Positions 26,116-36,318 of a stretch of 64,000 nt of DNA are shown in pieces. The DNA is taken from NCBI GenBank assembly GCA_030390025.1, contig CM059452.1, forward strand, positions 16,678,001 to 16,742,000. Reading direction: 5' to 3'. The notes under the pieces were generated by a model, which was not told the DNA's origin, made no database searches, and saw only the letters and a list, made by a program, of their open reading frames with translations. Every line of letters begins with the position of its first letter. Position 1 is the first letter of the stretch. A program made the position numbers and the translations under genes. The stretch comes from Squalus acanthias (taxonomy: Eukaryota).

Positions 26116-27380
26116 TAAAGGTCAACATTCCATTAGCCTTCTTGATTGATTTTTGTATCTGTTTACTAGCTTTTGTGCACGTGGACTCTCAAATCACTTT
26201 GTTCTTCTACAGTTCCTCCTTTCTCAGCATTTAGAAAATACTGCAATTTATTTTTCATGGGTAGAATGTGGATGATCTCACACTTGCCCACAGTGATCGC
26301 CATTGGCTATAGTTAATCTGTCTCTGTCCCTCTGAAACTTTCTGCCCCCATTTTCACTACTTACTCTCCCGCATAATTAGTGCCATCTGCAGACTTGGAT
26401 ATACAGCTGTCTACTCCTTCAGCCAAGACATTAATAAATATGGTGAGAAGTTGAGTGGCCAGAACATAGGCCTGGGAACGCCACTTGTCCGATCCTGTCA
26501 ATTTGCGTACATACCCTTTACCCCACTGTCTCTGTCCTACTTTTCGCTACTATTTTTTTGTGTGGAACCTTATAGAATGCTTTCAGGAAGTCCATTTGGA
26601 TGACATCCATAGACACGCCATTGCTTTTCTTATTAGTGACCTCCTCAAACATTAAACTCGATTATTCAGTCCTGACTTACCCTTAAAAAAGACCACGCTG
26701 GATCTCTCTGATCAGCTGATATCCGTTGGCGGGCTCACTCACTCTATCCTCCAATGACAGACTCTAGCAGTTTCACCACAACTGACAGGTATGAGGTTAC
26801 TTGGTTTCTCTGTCCCTCCCTTCTTAAATAATGGAGTGATATTAGCAATTTTCCAACCTAATTGCACAATTCCTGAATCAGGAGAGCATTGAAACATTCT
26901 GACTAACACGTCTGCAAATTCATCACCTATTTATTTTAGTAGGCTGAGGTGGAAACCATCAGGACTTGGAGATTTATTTATCCTAAGTCTCATTATTTTC
27001 TCCATTACCGATTGTTTTTGCTAATATTGAATACTTTAATTTCCTCTCCTTTATTTATTTTAGTTTCCCTTCCATTACCTGATAATTTATACTCTTCCTC
27101 TACTGTGAAAACGGATCCAAATTACTCGTCTAATAAATCTGCCATGATCTCGTTATTTATTACAGTATTAGCTATGTTGGTCTTTAATGGGCCTACAGCT
27201 CGCTTAGCCACTGTCTTACTGTTAATACACTCATAATTTTTTTCACTGTAAGTCTTTCTATTACTTGGAAGTTTTTTGTATTCTCTTATTACAGCACTTA
27301 ATATTGTCTTTGTGTCTCTTTGTTGTTTTCTCTCAGTCTCCAAGTCCTCTGGATTGCCACTTTACTTGACATTTGTGTAA
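26115..27380 (-). mobile_element. Degraded CR1 LINE (RT region and upstream linker)
   Basis: Reverse strand has decayed remnants of the MDFLKAF, GVPR and KSADG motifs. ORF 27122-27343 (INSKTVAKRAVGPLK...EIMADLLD) resembles the CR1 linker. Confidence 0.7.
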
Positions 27381-27634
27381 GGTTATTACCTATAATGTAT
27401 TAGAAGTGAAACGTGATTGATTATTTGCAAAGATCGGCTCAGTGAAGCCAATAAGAAAATATTGAGAGGAAAAAGAGCAAGTGAACCACCTCGGAAATGG
27501 AATGGACTTTGAGATAATCGACTTTCAAAGTCAGGAGGATGACCCAGGCCTGACGCTGCTGAAGACAGTGTCAAGAACACAGGCTTCAGGAGGAAGGGGA
27601 AATACCATTGCTGAAGTCTGCGCTGAGTTTAAAA

Positions 27635-27950
27635 AGAAAGAAGGAAACACTTGCATTTCGGCAGCGTCTTTCACGACCTCAGGACATCCCAAAGCGCTTT
27701 ACAGCCAATGAAGTACTTTGGAAATGTAGTCACTGTTATAATGTTAGGAACGGGCAGGCAATTTGTGTACAGCAAGCTCCCAAATACAGCAATGTGATAA
27801 TGACCAGATAATCTGTTTCAGTGATGTTGATTGAGGGATAAATATTGGCCAGGAGAATTCTCCTCTTCGAAGTAGGGCCATGGGATGTTTTACATCTACC
27901 CGAGAGAGGAGACGTCTCATCCGAAAACCCCACCAGACAGTGCAGGAGGC
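27635..27950 (-). mobile_element. DeuSINE-type SINE fragment
   Basis: Reverse complement of the core and tail of the copy at 35845-36318. Confidence 0.75.
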
Positions 27951-29459
27951 AACGCCTGATGTAACCTCCAGGTTAAAAAACACAACTTGTTTGTGAGCAA
28001 CATGGCTCACCGAAGATAAATGCAGTTTTGCTCATCAGAGCCTCGTTTTATGCGACACTCGACGCCAAAAGCATCAACAAAAAGCATTATCGAGGATAAT
28101 TAATCCGGCTTGACAATTTGATCCACCTCGCGGACACAATTATCACCAACTCCCCCTCCCGCATTTGAGTTCATTTTAATAACTTGCCTAATGTTTACCT
28201 TTTTCAAGATTCATTTGAATTCCCGCACAGTTAAGGTTTGCAGTTGTACAATCGCATGCGCAGGGGTGTGAAGTGGTTGGGGTTTGTACTAGTAGCGAAG
28301 GTGCCAGTGCAGTGATGGGGTGTAGTGTGCAGAGTGCTCAATGGATGGGAATGTGTTTGCAGCGGGTGAGATTGCCAATGCAGTAAATGTGTGCTGTAAA
28401 ACCAGCTCCAATCGGCAGCGCCAGCTACAGTATAACTGCAGTCCAATGAAGAGGGACAGTTTAAAATGCCAAGGTTGTACATGGAACTCCTACCCACTTT
28501 AATCTAACATTACAAAGTATCTGCCCGGGGAATGGAGCTCACGCAATGTCCCTGTGACCCTGGACTTTGAGCAAGGTGCAGGTGACTGTGTCTCTCACTC
28601 AGACAGCTGTACATCACCCCACCCATGGCGATCTGATACTGCAACCTGTCCAATAGTTGTACTCACTGACTCATCTCCTAGTTTTACTTCTTGAAAGTTA
28701 TTTGAGAACCTCAGTCTATATGTAGCACGGGGCACACCCAATCTCCGATGTTGCGGCGTCCGCCTACACAACAGATGGTTAATAATTGAGAGTAGAACTC
28801 AAGATAGGAGCGGAGAAAACCCGCTCCTATAACATTCCTCTTTCCGTTCCTTAGCTGGGGTTAAACCATGCAATATATGTGTTAAAACAGCGAACAGAGG
28901 AAACGCTTCCCAACGCTGGAAATGCTGATTCGCCACCGTCATCAACACTGATCTCCAGGCCGTGATGTCCGGTGCAATGGATGTTCATCAGAAATCCGGC
29001 TGAGTTAATATCAGTAATAATCAGATCGGAAATAACTTTCATGATGTGAACTCTAACGTGGTCCATTAACACTTACATGATGCCAGGTTAGATGGCCAAA
29101 GTTATGAATGACAACTCCCACCAGGTGACACCTCTTTTGATTATATGGTCAAAACATTTCCAGCCAGTAATTTACCGCCCATGGACATTAATGGGCGGAA
29201 AAACACGCGAGCGGGGCGCAATTTCACGGTTTGCGCTCCGGAGCACGGCACAGGTCAGCAGCGGAAACGCGCCCTTTGACTCTCGCGGAGAGACCAGTAT
29301 CGGTAGAGTAACTCTACCATGTAGGCCCCCTGTGTGCCGGTAGACACGGCTGCGGTGAATGGTTCAGAGAGAACAAGTCTCAGCTCTCAAGGGAAATTTA
29401 CACATGTGCCTTCCAATGGGAATATGGTTTGGTATTTTTCCGGATGTAGTGCATGTTGG

Positions 29460-31430
29460 AATCATACAATCGTAGACATTTACTGCACAGAAGGAGGCCA
29501 GCGTGTCTGTGCCGGCCGAAAAACATCTTTCCAGCCGAATGCCACATTCCAGCTCATGGTCCGTAGCCTTGCAGGTTTCGGTACTTCAAGTGCACATCCA
29601 AGTACGTTTTTAATGTGATGAGGGTCTCTGCCTCTATCTTCCTTTCAGGTAGTGAGTTCCAGACCTCCTCCACCCTCTGGGTGAAAAAAGTTCTCCTCAA
29701 ATCCCTCTAAACCTCCTACTAATTACTTTAAATCTATGCCCCCTGGTCATTGACCTCTCTGCTAAGGTAAATAGGTCCTTCCTATCCACTCTATCTAGGC
29801 CCCTCATAATTTTATACACCTCAACAAGGTCGCCCCTCAGCCTTCTCTGTTCCAAAGAAAACAACGCCAGCCTATCCAATCTTTCCTCATATTCTCCAGT
29901 CCTGGCAACATACTCGTAAATCTCCTCCGTTCCCTCTCTACTGTAATTAGTTCTTTCCTGTAATGTGGTGACCAGAACTGTACGAGGTACCTTAGCTGTG
30001 GCCTAACTAGTGTTTTATTTAGTTCAAGCATAACCCCCCTGCTCTTATATTCTATGCCTCGGCTAATAAAGTAAAATATCCCGTATGTCTTATTAACCAC
30101 CTTATCTACCTGTCCTGCTACCTTCAGGGATCTGTGGCCATGCACTCCAAGGATCCTCTTTTCCTCTACATTAGTTGTGTATTCCCTTGCCTTGTAAGCC
30201 CCCCCCCCCCCCCCCCCCGCAAATGTATTACCTCACACTTCTCCGGATTGATTTCCATTTACCACTTTTCTGCCCACTTGACCAGTCTGTTGATAGCTTC
30301 CTGCATTCTACAGCTTTCTTCATCACTGTCAACGACACGGCCAATTAATTTATCATCTGCAAACTTCTTAATCATGCCCCTACATTGAAGACTAACTCAT
30401 TGATTTATACCACAAAAAGCAAGGGACCCAGTACTGAGCCCTGAGGAACCCCACTGGAAATAAACTTCCAGTCACAAAAACACCCGTCGACCATTACCCT
30501 TTGTTTCCTGCCTCTGAGCCAATTTTGGATCCAACTTGCCACTTTCCCTTGGATCCCATGGGCTTTTACTTTTCTGACCAGACTGCCGTGTGGGATATTT
30601 TGAAAAGCCTTGCTAAAATCCATGTACACTACATCAAACGCACTACCATCATCAACCCTCCTTGTTACCTTCTCAAAAAATTCAACCACGTTAGTGAGAC
30701 TTGAACTTCTATTAACACATCCATGCTGACTGTCCTTGATTAATCTGTGGTTTTCTAAGTGACGATTAATACTATCCCTCAGATTTTTTCCAGTAATTTT
30801 TCCACCACCGAGATTAGGCAGACTGGGCTGTAATTGCACGCTCTTTCTTTTTCTCCGTTTTTAAACTATGATACAACTTTAGCTGTCCTCCAGTCCTCTG
30901 GCATCACACCTGTAGACAGAGTGGATTTGAAAATTATGATCAGAGTCTCCGCTTATTTCATCCCTTGCCTCTCTTAAGAGCCTGGGATACATTTCATCCG
31001 GGCCTGGCGATTTATCTACTTTCAAATATGCTCAACCCATTAATACTTCCTCTCACAATGTTTATCTCATTTATTATTTCACACATCCTCCTCCTTAACT
31101 ACAATGCCTGCATCGTCCGACTCTTTTTAGAAGGCAGACGGAAAGTAATGATTAAAAACCATACCCACGTCTTTAGTCTCCACACACAGTTTACCTTCAT
31201 GGTCTCTAATAGGCCCCGCTGTTTCCTTAGTTACTCTCTTGCTCTTTAAGTATTTATAAAACACCTTTGGGTTTTCATTGATGTTACTTGCCAATATTTG
31301 TTCATGCCCTCTCCTTACGTTCCTAATTTCGTTTCTAATTTCACCCCTGCAATTTCTATACTTCTCTAGGCTTTCTGCAGTATTTAGCTCTCTTTATCTG
31401 ACATAAGTTTCCCTTTTTGCCTCATCTTGT
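29460..31430 (-). mobile_element. CR1 LINE fragment (linker, RT, 3' end)
   Basis: Minus ORFs 30405-30839 (DVVYMDFSKAF...GVPQGSVLGPLLF), 29837-30145 and 29697-29879. Confidence 0.9.
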
Positions 31431-31819
31431 CTTATGTTGTTTCAGTCAGAGCTATTGAAGCTGGGTCCTTGTGTTCTGCCATGGAGATAGAACCGCTATA
31501 TCAACTCTAGACAGCTCAGAACCAGATAAAGGCTTTTATCGGGTTAGTGATGATGGAGGACCGACCGGCCACCCGCCCCATTACTTGTAAGGCAGTCAGT
31601 CAGATGGACATTCCCCTTTCAACCAGCAGGGGTCCATGTTCGCTTTGGTCGTGTCGCTGGTACACAGAGGTTAAATGATTTAATTTTTAATTTTAGGCAG
31701 CTGAAATCTCAATGCGAAGTAACTAAATTAACAGATGACATCAAGCTAGGAGAATTATGGAATTCGCTTATGCAGCCAAAATATTAAATTGACAGCTCTC
31801 CACGGTATGCACCTAATAC

Positions 31820-32940
31820 ATAGAAATATATACAAGTTACAACACGGAATCAGACTTTTGGACCCAACCAGTCAGTGTCGGCGTTTACCCTCCGCACAAG
31901 CAAATAGTTCTAATCACATTTACCCGCCTTTATCCACAGCCCTTCAACCCCATTGCTACATCCACCTCTCCAGTCTAATTGTGAATGATGACATAGTTTC
32001 TGCCCCAACCACTAAACCTGGAAGTGAATTCCGCAGCCTCATAACTCTCTTTGTGAAGAAGTTTCTCCTGATTGCTGTTCTAATTCTCTGACATTTAATC
32101 TTGTATCTAAGTCCCCTAAAAGCCCTCCACCATTGGAAACAGCCTGCTTATATCTACCCCGTCCCATCTTTCATAATTTTAAATATTTCTATTTTATTGA
32201 CCCATAATCTAAGTTATCAGAACGAAAATTGAGCAATTTTCGCATATTTCTTCATATTTATATTTCATCATACCAGGCCGCATTCTACTGAATCTGTGTA
32301 GTACAATCTTTAAATCCTCAATATCCATATTATCGTGAGTAGCTGAATACCGCACACAGTACTCTAACTGAAGTATTATTTTTACCATTACCTCTTGTTT
32401 TTATATTCTATATCTCTTATGATAAAACCTGGGAATCCCATTAGCTTTTTTACAGCCTGATCAAGCTGCGGTGCTGCCTCACTCTTCTCTTCCACAGCAC
32501 CGAGCCTACTTCCATTCAGAGAATCATTACTATTCCTTTTACAAAAATCCATCAGCTCATACTTGCTGATGTTGAATTCCATCTGCCACTTTTCAGCTCA
32601 TTCCTCCATTGTATCAATCTCACTTTGCAGCTTCCGTTGGTCTTCCCAATAATTACCTCTGCCTCTTATTTTGGTAAAATGTTCAAATTTCGAAACACTC
32701 TCTTTAGGCCCAGACCCAAATCATTGATATACGCGGCGAACGGAAGAATCCCCAGAACTGATTCCTGTGGGATTCTCTACCCACTCCCAACCGCTCTTAA
32801 TATAATGAGCTCTCCGTTTTCTCTCTTCTAATCTCTATTAATCCAGTGTGCTCACCTCTCCTTAATTCTGTACTCATTACCCGTTACTTAATGTCCGCTG
32901 TAGTAACTTGTCAAAGGCTTTCTTAAAGTCCAGTTACATT
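31820..32940 (-). mobile_element. Old, degraded CR1 LINE
   Basis: ORF 32388-32582 MEFNISKYELMDF...QAVKK...IEYK and decayed RT motifs near 32750-32935. Confidence 0.7.
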
Positions 32941-33391
32941 ACAAATTAGATTACTAAAGATCGAGAGACCACAGCACAAACCAAACTGCAGGTCTGTTTC
33001 TATTAACGCGGCCGGTGCCAAGCTGGGGGTCCTTGGTTACCGCGGGGCGGGCGCTCGGTTTGTCACAGTAAAGGAATTAGAGGTTCAGTAGTAATTATTT
33101 GAGTGAGCGCTTTTTGTGGCGTTCGCTTTGTCAAGCTGGCATATAAGGGCGGATATTATTATTAATATAGCATTAAAGTATCGCCAAATTATTAACTAGG
33201 AATTTATGGAAACACAATCAGTGTGGATGCAAACAAACCAAACACAGTTATCGTGAAGCGTGTTCTCTATATCTCCACTGATCTGTTCATGTTAATTGGT
33301 GCAGATGTCACCAGTGTGACGATGGATATCGGGGACACAATGCAGCCCCTCACAGCCCGTGAGCTATACTCACTGCTATTGGTCCCTCACT

Positions 33392-33431
33392 CCGCCCCAT
33401 GCAAATGAGCCGAGTCTCTCGAGGCTTATAA
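33392..33431 (+). promoter_or_regulatory. IgNAR V promoter: GC box, Ig octamer ATGCAAAT, TATA box
   Basis: CCGCCC 33392-33397, ATGCAAAT 33399-33406, TATAA 33427-33431. These lie ~95-125 bp upstream of the leader ATG. Confidence 0.85.
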
Positions 33432-33524
33432 GGTCGGTGCTCAGACACACACGGTTACACAGAGCAGTCGGTGTTGGGTCTGGAGTTCGCTCTGTTTAAA
33501 GTGCTCTTTGCTGGTGAAGAAACA

Positions 33525-33567
33525 ATGAATATTTTCTGGGTTTCGGTCCTTTTAGCCTGGTTACCAA
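33525..33567 (+). CDS. IgNAR: IgNAR leader exon, MNIFWVSVLLAWLP + 1 nt
   Basis: Typical IgNAR signal peptide. Donor GTAAGT at 33568, phase 1. Confidence 0.95.
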
Positions 33568-33707
33568 GTAAGTGTTGTTTAATAAAGAGATTAAATGTTA
33601 ATTGGATAAAATTGTGCGGCAGCGTCTACATTGCGGAAATTGCCTTGCCTTTAAACTCTCGTATTGTTTCAGATACGCGATGTATTAAATATATTTTCTC
33701 CATTCAG

Positions 33708-33980
33708 ATGCCTTCGGTGCAAGAGTAGACCAAACACCAAGAACGGCAACGAAAGAGACAGGAGAATCCCTGACCATCAACTGCGTCCTAACTGATACCA
33801 GCTGTGTTTGTACAGCACATCCTGGTTCCGGAAAAATCCGGGTACAACAGACTGGGAACGCATTTCGATTGGCGGCCGATATGTCGAATCAGTCAACAAG
33901 GGAGCAAAGTCATTTTCTCTGCGAATCAAGGACCTAACAGTTGCAGACAGTGCCACGTATTATTGCAAAGCTCAAAGCTA
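33708..33980 (+). pseudogene. IgNAR: VNAR exon (type II-like, Cys29 in CDR1) with a -1 frameshift in CDR1
   Basis: Acceptor TTCAG ends at 33707. Reads (N)[32 protein letters not shown], then a 2-nt codon (GT), then [57 protein letters not shown]. The unshifted frame stops at TAA 33935-33937. Confidence 0.93.
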
Positions 33981-34019
33981 CACAGCAGTGGAGGAGGCGG
34001 TCCCTGCAATACACAAACT
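33981..34019 (+). other. V recombination signal sequence, 23-bp spacer
   Basis: CACAGCA (33981-33987), 23 nt, ACACAAACT (34011-34019). Confidence 0.93.
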
Positions 34020-34208
34020 ATCAGCACACTTTGTTACAAGAGCAAGGGCACTATTTATCTTTTACTTAATCATGAAGAGAAGATCCTGAGTATTTTGGAG
34101 GGATAACACTCTTGGTTATAAAAGAAACCCTGACAAGAAGTGTTAAGGTAGGAATCTGGTTTGGAATAAGTGCCTCGACCTGAGGCTCTCGCACTAATGC
34201 ACATGAGA

Positions 34209-34291
34209 CCTTTTTGTACTGGTCTCTGTGACTGTGTGGATACATGGATGTACCACAGTGATGAATCTTGGATTCCCGTAATACATAAACT
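34209..34291 (+). other. IgNAR: D1 segment TGGATACATGGATGTAC (34237-34253) with 5' 12-RSS and 3' 22-RSS
   Basis: CCTTTTTGT-12-GACTGTG | D | CACAGTG-22-ACATAAACT. Confidence 0.92.
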
Positions 34292-34617
34292 GTCCCCACA
34301 CCTCTTAATACAAAGTTAATACAGATTATTCTTTCGGTGGCTAATAACCTCATGGTTAAATACTCATTGTCTCTGTCACATACTGGCTGACATATTAAAG
34401 CCTTTTCTCTATTTATTTCTGTGATTTTTCTATCAATGTTATGCTCAATTTTATAATGGAACATTGATATTTCTCCAGGACTTTTATGAGTAGCTGGGAA
34501 TTATAAACATCTACATGGATCCCAATATAAACGCAATGAATTGAATCATATTTACTGCAATTTTCAATCAATATCTTGGAATATCTGAAGGATTTTCTGT
34601 GATGTTTGCAACAATGG

Positions 34618-34686
34618 AGTTCTTGTGCTGGTGTGAAATGATGTGTATACTGTGGTGACACAGTGACTCGGGCCATAGCACAAACC
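34618..34686 (+). other. IgNAR: D2 segment TATACTGTGGTGA (34646-34658) with 12-RSS on both sides
   Basis: AGTTCTTGT-12-TGATGTG | D | CACAGTG-12-GCACAAACC. Confidence 0.88.
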
Positions 34687-34997
34687 TCTCCAACAGTTAT
34701 CTGTTATCCTACTCATGGAGGTGGCTGCATAATGTGCTTCTTGCTCATGTATGTTACTGCATAGAGCTTGAAATCAATTCCAGTTCGACCTTTGGTTGAA
34801 ATCGATCCGCATTCCCTGATGTTAAATCAGTGGATTATCTTCTTCAGTGTTACAGGAGTTCGCATTGCAAATATTGAATGGCTGGTGGAGAGAAACTGAC
34901 GGAAAATGAAGATTTACCAATGACTCCAATATATCTGGAAGGTCCGAGGAGCGGTGATGATTTGTTGTATTAATTACCGGACCTTTGCTTCAATGAC

Positions 34998-35036
34998 CCT
35001 TTTTGAACTGGGCTGACTGGGAGCTGACTGACTGTG
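34998..35036 (-). other. J recombination signal sequence, 23-bp spacer
   Basis: On the + strand: CCTTTTTGA (34998-35006), 23 nt, GACTGTG (35030-35036). Confidence 0.9.
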
Positions 35037-35086
35037 TGGCTATGACTGGTATGACGGAGCTGGCACCGTGCTGACTGTGAACTCTG
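35037..35086 (+). CDS. IgNAR: IgNAR J segment GYDWYDGAGTVLTVNS + 1 nt
   Basis: VNAR FR4 motif YDGAGTVLTVN. Donor GTAAGT at 35087. Confidence 0.96.
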
Positions 35087-35844
35087 GTAAGTGACCTCTC
35101 TTGCTGCTTTATTGATAAGATTTTGATGCTAGAATTTGAAAAGAATCAGTGTTGTCGTTAAAATGGCCTGAAGCGCAAAATGCAATAGCCGAAGCTCTTT
35201 GTGAAGACTCGGTTAGGTTCACTGTCAATTTATTTGGCATAAACTTAAAAATGGTTTTCAAAAGAGATTTTGCCCGTCAATAAAATAAACCTATATTTAA
35301 ATTTATAACTTCCGTCCAAACAAACCCGTATTTAAATATAAAACTTACCTGTCATGCATTATTTAAGATGCTTATTTGAATAGATTGTGATAGTTTAAAT
35401 AGTTTAAACGGAACCAGCCCAGTAAAGTTACTCCTTACTGAGGTGTCCCAGTACATCTTTGATATACAGTATATCTGATTCGAAGAATTAAAACAATTAT
35501 TGGAACAGGAACATTTGCTGCAAACAAGGAATGAATACAACGTGTAATTTTATAAAATGTTCCCTTGGAAAATCACCCCTCTATATAAAACAATGACTAC
35601 TAAATTAATATCGGCACAGATCCTGCAAATATGTTGTCACTTCGAATCGTGTCATTTGTTGGTCGGGATTAATGGCGCACACTTCAGTGACCGAGCTGTA
35701 ACTCTGAGGAAGCTCTTTACATGAAAGCCAGTCCCCGAGACATCCGTATTTGAGCTTATCGACGCGTTCTGTGCGTAACATTAAGCGAGCAGCAGAGAAC
35801 TTTGAAACTACAGTGGGTTTCAGTGTAATAAGTGGGCTCTGTTT

Positions 35845-36318
35845 TAGTGTCAGCTGTGGCTCAGTTTGTACCACTCTCCCCTCTGAGTCAGAAGGTTGTG
35901 GGTTCAGAGTCCCACTCCAGAGACTTGAGCACGATAAATGCAGGCTGACACTCCAGTACAGTGTTGAGGGTGCGCTGCACTTTCGGAGGTGCCGTCTTTT
36001 GGATGCGACGTTAAACTGAGGCCCCGTCTTCTCTCTCAGATAGATGTTAATAGATCCCATGGCATTATTTCGAGAGAAGATCAGGGGAGTTACCCCCGGT
36101 GTCTTGGCCAATATTTATCCCTCCATCAACATCATATAAACAGATTATCTGGTCATTATCAAATTGCTGTTTGTGGGAGCTTGCTGAGCGCAAATTGCCT
36201 GCTGCGTTAAGTACATTACATCAGTGCCTACACTCCAAATGTACTTCACTGGCTGTAAAGCGCTTTGGTACATCCGGTGTTCTTGAAAGGCGCTATATAA
36301 ATGCAAGCATTTCTTTTT
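35845..36318 (+). mobile_element. Near full-length tRNA-derived DeuSINE-type (SacSINE1-like) SINE in the J-C1 intron
   Basis: tRNA-like head (A-box TGGCTCAGTTTG, B-box-like GGTTCAGAGTCCC), Deu-like core GGATGCGACGTTAAACTGAGG, L2-like tail AAAGGCGCTATATAAATGCAAG. Confidence 0.8.

Noticed and set aside
28575-28730. Possible decayed V exon (VSLTQT...YCNLS...IS*FY)
   Set aside because: Requires a frameshift and several stops. No YYC, RSS or leader found.
33471-34106. ORF-track proteins 33471-33728, 33804-34106 and 33808-34089 as stand-alone genes
   Set aside because: They are unspliced or partial readings of the IgNAR leader and V exons.
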